A DNA stretch of 64,000 bases from Novosphingobium sp. (GTDB lineage Bacteria; Pseudomonadota; Alphaproteobacteria; Sphingomonadales; Sphingomonadaceae). Positions 38,703 to 48,708 of this stretch are shown one piece after another. Below the pieces are notes generated by a model, which was given only the letters and a program-made list of their open reading frames with translations, was not told the origin of the DNA and made no database searches. The stretch is taken from assembly GCA_043781375.1 (NCBI GenBank), contig JAYWBP010000038.1, positions 40,001 to 104,000 of the forward strand, given 5' to 3'. Made by a program: the position numbers and the translations under genes. Position 1 is the first letter of the stretch; every line of letters starts with the position of its first letter.

Positions 38703-40835
38703 TTAGTAGCGGGCGACGACGCGAACGCCGTAGGTCCGCGGCTCACCGACCCGGCCGACGATCCCCGACGCGAAGCTCGCCGTACTGGTGACATAGGCGG
38801 TGTCCTGCAGGTTGCGCCCGAACGCCATGATCTCGAAGTGATCGCCGGGGAAAGTATAACCCGCGCTGGCGTTGATCAGGCTGTACGGCGCTTGCTGGTC
38901 GAGCCCGGAATTCGAGGCGGTGAAGAACTGGCGCGTGCGGTGGCTGTATTCGCCGCGCAGGAAGGCCGATCCTGCCCCGACCGGCGCATCGACCTGGCCC
39001 CACAGCGTGTACGACCATTTCGGCGAAAGGTTCAGCCGGTTGCCCGAGGCGTTGTACGGAATGTTCCCCGGCAACAGCGCCGAGGTGTAGTTCTGATAGC
39101 GCGCGTCCAGGTAGGCAAGGTTGCCGCCCAGCCGCAGCCAAGGTGTCGGCCGCAGCTGGCCCTCGATTTCGACGCCGTCGACCTTGGCGTCGGAGGCGTT
39201 GGTGATGTCGATCACCCCAGGCGAAAGGAACGACTGCACCTGAAGGTTCTTGTAGACATAATGGAAATAGGTCGCGTCCAGGCGCAGGACATGGCCCAGC
39301 AGGTCGAGTTTAAAGCCACCTTCGTAAGACCACAGCGTTTCGGGAGCGAAGCCCTGCGATGTGTTGAGGCTGGAGAAATTGTAGCCGCCCGACTTGAACC
39401 CCTTGGTCGCCGAAGCATAGAGCAGCACGCCCTCGGTCGGCCGGACTTCAATGCCGAACTTGGGGGTCCAGGCATCAAAGGTGGTCTCGCGCTGGTACGT
39501 ACGCGGGTAGGTCGGCCGCAACCCGCCGGAGCTCAAGAAAAATTGGCTGGCGATCTGGTCGAAGCGCTTGTGCTCACGGGTGTAGCGGATGCCTGCGGTC
39601 AGTGAGATCATCGGGGTCAACGCGTAACTCGCCTGGGCAAAGCCAGCCCAGGCCGAGGTGTTGATCGTCGGGTTGAAATTGGCGCGGATGTCGGCGGCGT
39701 AGGTGGTCACGCTGGAATCGACCAAGATTTTCTCCTGGAAGTAATAAGCACCCAGAATATAAGACAAACTGCCGGTTTTCCCGGTGAGGTTGAACTCCTG
39801 CGAAAACTGGTGCTGGTCCTCGAACTGGTCGGTACGCCGCACGTTAAGTGCGGTGCCATCCGTATCGCCGATCTGGATCAGACGGTTGGTCCGATAGGCA
39901 GTCAGCGATTTGAGCTGCACGCCAGCGCCCAGATCGTAATTGATCTCTCCCGAACCACCCCATTGGCGGCGCTTCGAGCTGGAGCGGATGTTGACCGCAA
40001 CCTTGCGGTAATCGCCCAATATGCTGTTCGCTAGCGGATCGGTGGTGGTCTGCAACAGCTTGATATAGCCGGCCAGCGCATCGTCTGAATCCAGGTAGTC
40101 GGCCCGGACCAGGATCTCGAGCTGCGATGACGGGGTGAACCGCAACTGCGCGCGCCCGCCCATGGTCGCTTCGTCGTCGACATCGCCGACGCCCGGGACG
40201 ATGTTCTTGAGGAAGCCGTCGCGGCGCGAGGCAATCAGCGCGATCGAAGCGGAGACCTTGTCGGTGACCAAGGGTGTGCTGAAATAGCCCTCAAGCCGGG
40301 CGGTATTGTAATTGCCATAGGTGGCCTGAAGCTTGGCCTTGATCGTGTCGCCAGGCTTGCGGCTGACCACGTTGATCGTGCCCCCCACCGAATTGCGGCC
40401 ATAGAGCGTGCCTTGCGGACCGCGCAGCACTTCAATCCGTTCAACGTCGAGGAAACCCGTCAGATAACTGGCCGGCCGCGCCAGATAGACCCCGTCGAGG
40501 TGGATTGTCGACGATGGGTCCGATCCGCCGAAGACGTTATTGGAGCCGATCCCGCGGATATATACCTGCGCGAACGATGCATTTTGCGTGACCTGGAGAC
40601 CGGGCGTCAGCGAAGCCAGGTCGCGCACATCCTTGATCCCGGTGCGCGCCAGCGTTTGCGCGCTCACTGCAGTGATCGCCAGCGCGGTGTCCTGCAGTCG
40701 GGTTTCGCCAGTTTTCGTAGCGGTAACGATGATTTCGGAATCGTTGGCGGCGGGGTCTGGCGCTGCTGTTTGGGCGTGGACCGCCGGAGCGACCAGCAAG
40801 GCGATACCGAATTCAACCGAGCGTGAGAAGCGCAT
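38703..40835 (-). CDS. TonB-dependent receptor
   Basis: EIIVTATK, ERIEVLRGPQGTLYGRN, C-terminal ARY. Confidence 0.95.
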   Translation of the reverse strand: MRFSRSVEFGIALLVAPAVHAQTAAPDPAANDSEIIVTATKTGETRLQDTALAITAVSAQTLARTGIKDVRDLASLTPGLQVTQNASFAQVYIRGIGSNNVFGGSDPSSTIHLDGVYLARPASYLTGFLDVERIEVLRGPQGTLYGRNSVGGTINVVSRKPGDTIKAKLQATYGNYNTARLEGYFSTPLVTDKVSASIALIASRRDGFLKNIVPGVGDVDDEATMGGRAQLRFTPSSQLEILVRADYLDSDDALAGYIKLLQTTTDPLANSILGDYRKVAVNIRSSSKRRQWGGSGEINYDLGAGVQLKSLTAYRTNRLIQIGDTDGTALNVRRTDQFEDQHQFSQEFNLTGKTGSLSYILGAYYFQEKILVDSSVTTYAADIRANFNPTINTSAWAGFAQASYALTPMISLTAGIRYTREHKRFDQIASQFFLSSGGLRPTYPRTYQRETTFDAWTPKFGIEVRPTEGVLLYASATKGFKSGGYNFSSLNTSQGFAPETLWSYEGGFKLDLLGHVLRLDATYFHYVYKNLQVQSFLSPGVIDITNASDAKVDGVEIEGQLRPTPWLRLGGNLAYLDARYQNYTSALLPGNIPYNASGNRLNLSPKWSYTLWGQVDAPVGAGSAFLRGEYSHRTRQFFTASNSGLDQQAPYSLINASAGYTFPGDHFEIMAFGRNLQDTAYVTSTASFASGIVGRVGEPRTYGVRVVARY

Positions 40836-40914
40836 GATCTGGTCCCCTGTACCTCAGCGGATCGAAAGCCGCCGTTGGATTAGAGGAACATGGAATCATG
40901 CTGGATGCAAGCAT

Positions 40915-40978
40915 ATTGTCGACGATTTATCAAATATATGCCAGAAGGAAGACCTATTTGTGATCTATCGTCGACGAT
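40915..40978. promoter_or_regulatory. Two GntR-type operator copies, ATTGTCGACGAT and ATCGTCGACGAT
   Basis: At 40915-40926 and 40967-40978, upstream of the TBDR operon; the same motif recurs at 41762. Confidence 0.65.
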
Positions 40979-41733
40979 CCTTGATCGCGAATCATGCTGA
41001 TTTTGAGAAGCGTGATGCACCAGTCGGCATGATAGCGCATAATTTCCCCGGCCGAGCGGCCATCACCGTCGAGCACCGCATCGGCAATGCGCTGGTAGTT
41101 GCGGACGTAGTGGGCAGCGTGCTGACGTAGATCAATTGTGGCCACCAGCAGGCGGTTCCAATATTCGATGTTGATCGAACGCAGCACGCTGGTGACGTAA
41201 GGTTTCTCGCCGATCAGATTGAGCAGATAGTGAAAATCATTGAGCACCAGATAGAAGCCGATGCCCGGATCCGGACTGTCGCCGGCCTCACGGATCGCCG
41301 CCATCGCCGCGGTGACGCGGGCTGCGTTTTCGCCCTCGCCGATCCGCCCGGCAGCGGCGCGTAAGCCTACGGCAGCGACCGGGGCGCTGACCTCGTAGAT
41401 CTGGACCAGGTCGTTGGCATTCATCAGGCGCAAAATCGCTCCGCGGTCGGGTAGCAGCTCGACCAAGCCCTGGCCCGCCAGCACACCCAGCGCCTCGCGC
41501 ACAGGGGCGCGGCTCACCCCCAGCTGCTGCGCCAGTTCGGCTGCGATGATGCGGCTGCCCGGCGCGATTGCGCCGCTATCGAGCGAGGCCATGATCGTCT
41601 CGTACACGCGCTGCACCAGCGAGGTCTTCTGACCCCCGTCCGACATCGGTTTGGGCGAACCGAACGGCAGGCTCCCGCCCCCCGCCTCCAGTTTGCGGCC
41701 GGTGCCTGACACGCCCTTGCGTGATGCCATCAT
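40954..41733 (-). CDS. GntR (FadR-like, FCD) transcriptional regulator
   Basis: ELAQQLGVSRAPVREAL wHTH. Confidence 0.92.
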   Translation of the reverse strand: MMASRKGVSGTGRKLEAGGGSLPFGSPKPMSDGGQKTSLVQRVYETIMASLDSGAIAPGSRIIAAELAQQLGVSRAPVREALGVLAGQGLVELLPDRGAILRLMNANDLVQIYEVSAPVAAVGLRAAAGRIGEGENAARVTAAMAAIREAGDSPDPGIGFYLVLNDFHYLLNLIGEKPYVTSVLRSINIEYWNRLLVATIDLRQHAAHYVRNYQRIADAVLDGDGRSAGEIMRYHADWCITLLKISMIRDQGSSTIDHK

Positions 41734-41760
41734 AATTTTTCAATCCCCGAATTGATTACC

Positions 41761-41774
41761 GATCGTCGACGATC
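41761..41774. promoter_or_regulatory. Perfect palindrome GATCGTCGACGATC, putative GntR operator
   Basis: In the divergent gntR / acyl-CoA ligase intergenic region. Confidence 0.65.
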
Positions 41775-41849
41775 CTATACGCAAGCCAGCGCAGACGCGA
41801 ATTGCAAACTTCCTCGCCGGCGACGGTGGGGCCAGCCAGGGCAGGTGCG

Positions 41850-43349
41850 ATGAACCAGCAGAACGATGCTTTTACTCCTGCACTTTTCGCCGCGCTGGCC
41901 GATGCTGGCGATCGTGTCGTGATCGAAATCGGGCAGCGGGTTCTGAGTGGGCACGAACTGGCCAAGGCGGTCGAGCGCTGGGCTGCCGCGCTCGCCGCAG
42001 TGGGGATCGTTCAGGGCGACCGGATCGCCGTACAGGCAGAGAAATCCCTCGAATTGGTGCTTCTGTACTTGGCCACGCTGCGGTTGGGCGCGGTTTATCT
42101 GCCGCTGAACACCGGCTACCGCCGCGACGAGATCGCCTATTTCATCGCCGATGCCGAACCTCGGCTGTTGATCTGCGATCCCTCAGCGGCCGAGGCCTGC
42201 GCGGGCTTGGGGCCGATCGTCCTTACGCTTAGCAGCGATGGGTCCGGCACCATTGCCGACCGCGTTACGCAGGGCCATCCGCCGGCTCCCCCGCATATTC
42301 CCCAAGGATCCGATCTGGCGGCGATTGTCTACACTTCAGGTACGACCGGGCGGCCCAAGGGGGCGATGATCAGTCAGCACAATCTTCTGGCCAATGCCCG
42401 TGCGCTGATCGCCGGCTGGGGCCTGTGTGCCCAGGATGTGCTGCTCCACGCCTTGCCGCTCTACCATATTCACGGGCTGTTTGTGGCGTTGAACACGCTA
42501 CTGCTGGCGGGCGGGCGGATCGTCTTGTTGCCCGCATTCGACACGGCTGCGGTGTTTGATCGGCTGGCGGGTGCAACCGTGTTCATGGGTGTGCCGACCT
42601 ATTACACCCGGCTGCTCGCGGATCCGGCCCTCAATGTCCAAAGCGCGCAAAATGTGCGGCTATTCGTTTGCGGCTCCGCGCCGCTAAACGTGGCGACTTT
42701 CGCGGATTTCGAACTGCGCACCGGGCACCGCATCCTTGAGCGCTACGGTATGTCGGAATGCGGGATCATCTGCTCCAACCCGCTAAACGGGCTCCGAATT
42801 CCCGGCGCGGTCGGTCGCCCGGTGCCCGGCTGCCGGGTTCGGATTGCCGACGGACTGGCGTTGGGCGTCCTTGAGGTCGCCGGCGACAGTGTGTTCGCCG
42901 GTTATTGGCGCAACCCGGAAAAGACCCGTCAGGAGTTTCGCGACGACGGCTATTTCATCACAGGCGACATCGCCCGGATCGACGGCGACGGGGTCGTGTG
43001 GATCGTCGGCCGCGACAAAGACATGATCATCTCGGGCGGGCTAAACGTCTATCCCAAAGAGATCGAAGTGCTGATCGACGCGTTGGACGGCGTGGAAGAA
43101 TCGGCGGTCATTGGCCTGCCGCATGACGACTTTGGCGAAGCCGTCGCTGCTGTGGTCTGCTTGCGTGATGGCGCGGAGTTTACTGCCGAGGCGATCATCG
43201 CGGCGCTGCGCGGCCAACTGGCCGGTTTCAAGCTGCCCAAGGCAGTGTTCGTGGTTGACGAACTCCCGCGCAATGCCATGGGGAAGGTTCAGAAGGTTGA
43301 ACTTCGCAAGCGCCACTCAGACTATTTTGGCACCTCAGGGCTCGCTTAA
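41850..43349 (+). CDS. matB: Malonyl-CoA synthetase-like acyl-CoA ligase
   Basis: YTSGTTGRPKG, LPLYHIHGLFVA, FMGVPTYYTRLL, ILERYGMSE, LPRNAMGKVQK; substrate inferred. Confidence 0.8.
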   Translation: MNQQNDAFTPALFAALADAGDRVVIEIGQRVLSGHELAKAVERWAAALAAVGIVQGDRIAVQAEKSLELVLLYLATLRLGAVYLPLNTGYRRDEIAYFIADAEPRLLICDPSAAEACAGLGPIVLTLSSDGSGTIADRVTQGHPPAPPHIPQGSDLAAIVYTSGTTGRPKGAMISQHNLLANARALIAGWGLCAQDVLLHALPLYHIHGLFVALNTLLLAGGRIVLLPAFDTAAVFDRLAGATVFMGVPTYYTRLLADPALNVQSAQNVRLFVCGSAPLNVATFADFELRTGHRILERYGMSECGIICSNPLNGLRIPGAVGRPVPGCRVRIADGLALGVLEVAGDSVFAGYWRNPEKTRQEFRDDGYFITGDIARIDGDGVVWIVGRDKDMIISGGLNVYPKEIEVLIDALDGVEESAVIGLPHDDFGEAVAAVVCLRDGAEFTAEAIIAALRGQLAGFKLPKAVFVVDELPRNAMGKVQKVELRKRHSDYFGTSGLA

Positions 43350-43397
43350 CAGCTCAGTTCCGGAGGCGGCGAGAACCAAGATATTCGCCATAATAAG

Positions 43398-43415
43398 GGC
43401 ACTGTCAGGCCAATG
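43398..43415 (+). mobile_element. Solo IS6-like terminal repeat
   Basis: GGCACTGTCAGGCCAATG, nearly identical to the end at 28585. Confidence 0.55.
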
Positions 43416-43666
43416 TGGCAGGTGAAACTCTGCTTTGCGACGGGACGCCGATGAACCGCAAAAGCCTTGTCAAAGTCACTGGCAGTGGACTTTGCAGGGC
43501 AGCTAGCCTGGCGCGGCCGCACGCGCCGATCAAAGCCTCGCAATTCGTTTCTCTACTTCAACTCGCCACTTGAGGTGATCCGGCTGTGGCAAGGATGATG
43601 TAGGCTTTTCAAACGCGGGATCAATAATTGCCACGAGAATGGCTGACATCATTCCATGATTCAGTT

Positions 43667-44584
43667 TCACGCCAAGTCGCGATTTTCAAGCAGGTAACCC
43701 AGCAACGCGCGATACTTTTGGCTGACCGGGATGATGAGTCCGTTGCGCATCTGGAGGCGCAAGCCACTGGCATCATGCTGGACGTCAGCAATACATTCCC
43801 GGCGCACCCAGAACGAGCGATGGACTTGCAAGCCGTCTGTGCCGCGCACTTCGGACAGGATGTCGGCAAACCGAAAGAAAACAAGACGGCTACCCTGCGC
43901 GAGATGGAGGCGTACATAGTGATCTTCCGCCTCGATGACCTCGATCGCCCCAAGTTCGCTAATTCCATTCTTCCTGAGCTGCACCAGCAACCGGTCGGAT
44001 GGAGCCGCTGCAACACTCATGGCGACCGGCGAGGCGGCGTCACCAAATTCCTGACGGGTTTGGGCGGAGAACCGGATTTTTGATTGGCTGTCTTTGTATC
44101 GCTCATAAGCCCAGCGCAAACTGCACCAGCTGAATAGACCATAGCTTCCGGACACCAACAGTCCGGAGAGATAGCTTGGGTCGGCAAGATCGATCTGTTG
44201 GCTCAATACCGAGGGAGGAACATCAATACCACCGATCTTGAAGCAGATTCTGCTGATCATACCGACATAGAATGGAGAGATCAGAATCGCTCCGATACCG
44301 GCGATCAGAAGAAGGGGGAGCAGACGTGGCTGCCATGGCTGGAGCAAGACCCGTGCCACCCTGAAGAAAATCTCGGACACGAACCAGGTTGCCAGCCAGG
44401 CTGCCGACCACAACAAGTAGGCGGCGGGCGCTGTCATGTAACGACCCAGCCCGGCGTGAAATATCCCCAGGGGAATGCTGATGATGATCGGACAGCCGAC
44501 ATAGAAGGCCACCGCGAGCCAATGCCGGTCAAACAAGGCCCGCGCACTTTTCAAACTCAAAAACCTCCGTGTTGATCTAAGCAT
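43667..44584 (-). CDS. Membrane-anchored LytTR DNA-binding protein
   Basis: About four N-terminal TM segments; IEAEDHYVRLH...GLQVHRSFWV...IPVSQKY LytTR domain. Confidence 0.9.
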   Translation of the reverse strand: MLRSTRRFLSLKSARALFDRHWLAVAFYVGCPIIISIPLGIFHAGLGRYMTAPAAYLLWSAAWLATWFVSEIFFRVARVLLQPWQPRLLPLLLIAGIGAILISPFYVGMISRICFKIGGIDVPPSVLSQQIDLADPSYLSGLLVSGSYGLFSWCSLRWAYERYKDSQSKIRFSAQTRQEFGDAASPVAMSVAAAPSDRLLVQLRKNGISELGAIEVIEAEDHYVRLHLAQGSRLVFFRFADILSEVRGTDGLQVHRSFWVRRECIADVQHDASGLRLQMRNGLIIPVSQKYRALLGYLLENRDLA

Positions 44585-44666
44585 ATCTTATCGAAAGTGG
44601 AAAGGCGACGGCCGGGATGGCAGAGCAGTCGGCTCGATCGGCCATACGGCAAAGATCGTTTACGGA

Positions 44667-44704
44667 TTTCGCGCTTCGCGAACGGTCATTCGCGAAGCGC
44701 GAAA
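44667..44704. promoter_or_regulatory. Perfect 16-bp inverted repeat, putative LytTR operator
   Basis: TTTCGCGCTTCGCGAA-CGGTCA-TTCGCGAAGCGCGAAA between the divergent LytTR and TBDR genes. Confidence 0.65.
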
Positions 44705-44793
44705 CAACCGGCACGTTTTCTCCTTAGCGGCCGCAACAATCACCTGCCATCAATTGTCCCAGCAAATCGATCGCGCAACCAGGGGAAATTGAA

Positions 44794-47304
44794 ATGCGCT
44801 CATCATCTATCCGCGCCGTTTTGGCGGCTTCAAGTGCTGGCTTTGCGCTCATTGGCGCGCTCACACCCTCCTTGGCATCGGCGCAGAGCACGCGGTCGGC
44901 AAGCACGCCGGACGCTGCCGTTGATGGCGCCGATCAGGGAGAGATTATCGTTACCGCACGCAATCGCAAGGAACGTCTCTCCGACGTCCCGATCTCCATC
45001 ACTGCAGTTGATTCCGGTCAGATCGCGCGACAGAAAATTGAGACGTTTGCGGACATCGTCCGGCTCGATTCCAGTCTGGTGTTCGATAAGGGATCGGGCC
45101 TGCAGGATACTCGGCCCGTCATCCGCGGCCTGCCTTCGTCGCGCGGGCGCCCCCCAGTCGGCATCTTGATTGACGGCGTCGATGCTTCCACCGAGTCGAT
45201 GGGCGCCTCGGCTGGTGGTTCGACGTTGTTGAATGCTCGGGCGGTCGAAGTGGAGCGCATTGAGGTGGTCAAGGGCCCACAATCGGCATTGTACGGACGG
45301 GTCGCGTTCGGCGGCGCCATCAACTTCGTGACCAAAAAGCCTTCGAGCACGTTCGGCGGCGAAGTCAGTGCCGAAGTCGGCAATTATGGCACTTATGAAG
45401 GCCGCGCCGCGTTAACGGGTCCGTTGGCCGATGGGCTTTCGGTGCGGGTCCACGGTTATTACAGCAGGTCTGACGGTTATTATCGCAACCAGATTTCCGG
45501 ACAACGGATCGGCGGCTACAAAAGTTATGGTGGTGGGGGCTCGCTCCTGTTTGAGCGTGGCATCGGCGATGCTTTGCTGAGCGTGAACTACAGCCATGAC
45601 AATATTGCACCCGCAGCACAGGAATATGCCGGACCGGTTGTCGTACCAAACGTGACCATTGCCCTTGCCCCTGGGGTTGCCGGGGCGCAAGTCGGCACGG
45701 TTGGCAACACGACAGCCTTGCCATTCAGCGTACAGGCCATTCCGTTTGGCCTGATCAAAGACCCCAAAAACGGCGTGCTTCTGAGCCTCGATCCCCGTAC
45801 CGGGAAGGATTATCCTGGTGCGGTCGTCAACACCCTGCGGACGGCGCTTACGGTCAATCTCCAGGTCTCTGACCAGGTCAAGTTGACGTCGATCACCGCC
45901 TATACCCACTCCACGTTCAACGAGCGCGAGGATATCGATTTCTATGCGTTTCCGCAGGCGACTGTCGCGGGGCCAGGAGGCGCCGGGCAGGGCGAGAACT
46001 TCAACAGGTTCTTCGAGCTTAACATTTTCAACGGCGACGTCAGGCAGTTGAACCAGGAGGTTCGTATTGGCCATCTTGACGGAGCCGGCTTCCGCTGGGC
46101 GATTGGCGGCCTGTTCTGGTATGAAAAATATCAGCAGGACAATACCTCCGCGGCCTATGTCGTCCCAGTCGGCTTCAGCGGTCAGAAGGACGTCACTCTG
46201 GTCCAGGGCAATTTGCCCTACACCCATGGCAGCCGGACGACCGACCACGTTTCGGGCTATGCCGTGGCAGATTATGACATCACCCCCCAACTAACGTTGA
46301 GTGCAGAAGCGCGGTATGCACACGAGAGCTACAATTATGTCTTCAACCCGTTTCTGACGACATCGGCAGTGCCATTGGCGAATGGCGGATATCCCATCGT
46401 CGTTCTGGTACAACCCGTTCCTCAACAATCATCGACAAACTATTTTGTGCCCAAAGCTTCGCTTCGCTTCAAGCCGAGCGACAATTTAATGGTTTACGCA
46501 TCTGTGGCCAAAGGCGTGAAACCGGCGGGTTACTCTACCGTAGCCGTATTCGATTCATCTTTGGCAGGATTTGGTACAGAGAAACTCTATAATTATGAAA
46601 TCGGCATGAAGGCGAATGCGTTGGACCGCCGTGTTATATTCAGCGCGGCGGCCTTTTACATGAAATATGACGGCAAGCAGGTCAGCGTTGCGCAACCTAA
46701 TCCGCTGACGCCGTCCGGCTTCTCGAACTTTATCCGTAACGCAGGCTCGGCACGAGTTTACGGAATTGAAGCTAATCTAACGGTAGTACCGATCAGAGAC
46801 CTCACGCTTAACGTCGGCTACACTTACCTCGACGCTAAATATACTGACTTTGAGGTTAATGTGAACAATCCGCTCACTGGATCCTTCGTGTCGAGTTGCG
46901 TGCCCAACACGATCATCGGAAACGGCGTGTTCTGTCGCGCAAATCTTGGCGGCAACCGGCTAGAGCGAACCCCGAAGCACTCTATCACGGGATCAGCGCG
47001 CTATAATGTCCCGTTGGGGAACCGTCAGAATCTTTTTGCGGAAGGCGACGTTCGCTACACCAGCAATCGTGCCACTGACGAGTTTAATGTGCGGTTCATT
47101 CCGGCATTCACCACCGTAAATGTCAGGGTTGGTCTCGAGACGCCAAAATACAGCCTTCTGGCATATTTGGACAACGCGTTCGATAGCGACACGATCCAAG
47201 GTGCGGTCGGCGTTGGAGACCAGAACAAGCCGGGCAACCTGGCCCTTATCCTGCAGCTGCCCGACAGGCGCCATTTCGGCGTTCGTGCGTCATACAAATT
47301 TTGA
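44794..47304 (+). CDS. TonB-dependent receptor
   Basis: EIIVTARN, ERIEVVKGPQSALYGR, C-terminal YKF. Confidence 0.95.
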   Translation: MRSSSIRAVLAASSAGFALIGALTPSLASAQSTRSASTPDAAVDGADQGEIIVTARNRKERLSDVPISITAVDSGQIARQKIETFADIVRLDSSLVFDKGSGLQDTRPVIRGLPSSRGRPPVGILIDGVDASTESMGASAGGSTLLNARAVEVERIEVVKGPQSALYGRVAFGGAINFVTKKPSSTFGGEVSAEVGNYGTYEGRAALTGPLADGLSVRVHGYYSRSDGYYRNQISGQRIGGYKSYGGGGSLLFERGIGDALLSVNYSHDNIAPAAQEYAGPVVVPNVTIALAPGVAGAQVGTVGNTTALPFSVQAIPFGLIKDPKNGVLLSLDPRTGKDYPGAVVNTLRTALTVNLQVSDQVKLTSITAYTHSTFNEREDIDFYAFPQATVAGPGGAGQGENFNRFFELNIFNGDVRQLNQEVRIGHLDGAGFRWAIGGLFWYEKYQQDNTSAAYVVPVGFSGQKDVTLVQGNLPYTHGSRTTDHVSGYAVADYDITPQLTLSAEARYAHESYNYVFNPFLTTSAVPLANGGYPIVVLVQPVPQQSSTNYFVPKASLRFKPSDNLMVYASVAKGVKPAGYSTVAVFDSSLAGFGTEKLYNYEIGMKANALDRRVIFSAAAFYMKYDGKQVSVAQPNPLTPSGFSNFIRNAGSARVYGIEANLTVVPIRDLTLNVGYTYLDAKYTDFEVNVNNPLTGSFVSSCVPNTIIGNGVFCRANLGGNRLERTPKHSITGSARYNVPLGNRQNLFAEGDVRYTSNRATDEFNVRFIPAFTTVNVRVGLETPKYSLLAYLDNAFDSDTIQGAVGVGDQNKPGNLALILQLPDRRHFGVRASYKF

Positions 47305-47310
47305 AGCGGT

Positions 47311-47338
47311 GGTCGCCATTCCGGAAGGAATGGCGACC
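47311..47338 (+). terminator. Intergenic stem-loop after the TBDR
   Basis: GGTCGCCATTCC-GGAA-GGAATGGCGACC, perfect 12-bp stem; weak U-tract. Confidence 0.7.
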
Positions 47339-47368
47339 TTGCTGCGCCTGATCTGACAGGAGTGAGCC

Positions 47369-48664
47369 ATGCTGCAGCGATGGTTTATCACATTGTTATT
47401 ATTGAGTATTGCACAACCTGCCTGTGCGAGCACAAGCCGGTCTTCCGTTGCTCCGGCGCAGGCACTTTCCACGGTGCGGGCCGCTGACGGAACTGACCTG
47501 CTGGTCGCGCAGGAAGGAGATGTCGATGCACCGGGGATATTGATGATCCACGGTTTTGCGCAAAGCTATCTGGCGTTTCGCCGTCAGTTCGGTTCGGATT
47601 TGGCCAGGCATTTTCATCTCGTTTCGTTTGATCTGCGTGGACATGGTGGATCAGCCAAGCCGAGCGACCCCGCAGCCTATACCGACGTGGGACGCTCGGC
47701 CGACGATGTTGCTGCGGTTATAAAGGCAACCGGGCTGCATCGCCCAGTCATCGTCGCGTGGTCCTATGGTGGCATTGTCGTGGGTGACTATGTCCGCAAA
47801 TATGGCGTCTCGAATGTTGCTGCGGTGGTATTCGCGGGGACCCTGGGCGGCCTGGTAAAGCCGGTCGCGGCCACGTCACCAGACGCTGGTGCGAAGGTGA
47901 ACAATGCCCTGCCAGTGGTGATCAAGATGGCGTCGGCTCAGTCCCGCTCGCTTGATCTGGCCCAGAACATTGCCGGAGGCGACGCGATCAGCCGCGCCTA
48001 TTTGGCGCCGACGATGAACGAGGGCGACCTGCGCATCTTCTTCGCAACCGAAATGATGCTTCCCGCCTACGCCCGTCGCGCCTTGCTGCAGCGAAGCAAT
48101 GACAATTCCGATCTGATCGGCGCCTTTGCGACGCTGCCTTCACTGTTCGTTCGCGGCGATTACGATCTGGGGATGGCCGAAGCAGAACTGGCTGTCCTGA
48201 CCGCACGCCTGCCGCAGATGAAGCTTTCGCGGTATTCGGGCATGGGCCATGCAACTTTTCTTGAGGCTCCGACGCGGTTCAACGCCGAACTTGCCGCCTT
48301 CGCCGCCGCTGCGCCAGCGCGCTCAGGCGACCCCGCTGCGACGATCCCGCGACCGACCCTGCCGATGTCGGCCGCCGCGCACCGCGCCTTTCGCGACCTT
48401 GAATTCGCGGCGCGGGATACGAATGGCGACGGGGTTCTGCAACCACCCGAAATCGAGGCGGCCAGCGGAGGCCCGCTTCCGCCCGAAGCCATCGCCCGCG
48501 CTATCCGCGTCAATTGCGGGGCCGATCTGCCGAACTGTCCTTTGTTGCGGTTCCGCGCGCAGGGCGACGCCGAGTTCAGTCGGGTGGATCGCAATCATGA
48601 CCGAATCGTGACACTGGACGAACTGAAGGCAGCTGGCGGCAGCTTCCACACTGAAACGCCGTGA
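47369..48664 (+). CDS. Exported alpha/beta hydrolase fused to an EF-hand domain
   Basis: IHGF, FDLRGHGGS, AWSYG nucleophile elbow, GMGHA; DTNGDGVLQPPE and DRNHDRIVTLDE loops. Confidence 0.85.
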   Translation: MLQRWFITLLLLSIAQPACASTSRSSVAPAQALSTVRAADGTDLLVAQEGDVDAPGILMIHGFAQSYLAFRRQFGSDLARHFHLVSFDLRGHGGSAKPSDPAAYTDVGRSADDVAAVIKATGLHRPVIVAWSYGGIVVGDYVRKYGVSNVAAVVFAGTLGGLVKPVAATSPDAGAKVNNALPVVIKMASAQSRSLDLAQNIAGGDAISRAYLAPTMNEGDLRIFFATEMMLPAYARRALLQRSNDNSDLIGAFATLPSLFVRGDYDLGMAEAELAVLTARLPQMKLSRYSGMGHATFLEAPTRFNAELAAFAAAAPARSGDPAATIPRPTLPMSAAAHRAFRDLEFAARDTNGDGVLQPPEIEAASGGPLPPEAIARAIRVNCGADLPNCPLLRFRAQGDAEFSRVDRNHDRIVTLDELKAAGGSFHTETP

Positions 48665-48708
48665 CTACTCGAGCGATGCGCAAGAAGCCCGCCCATGAGG
48701 TGCTACTG

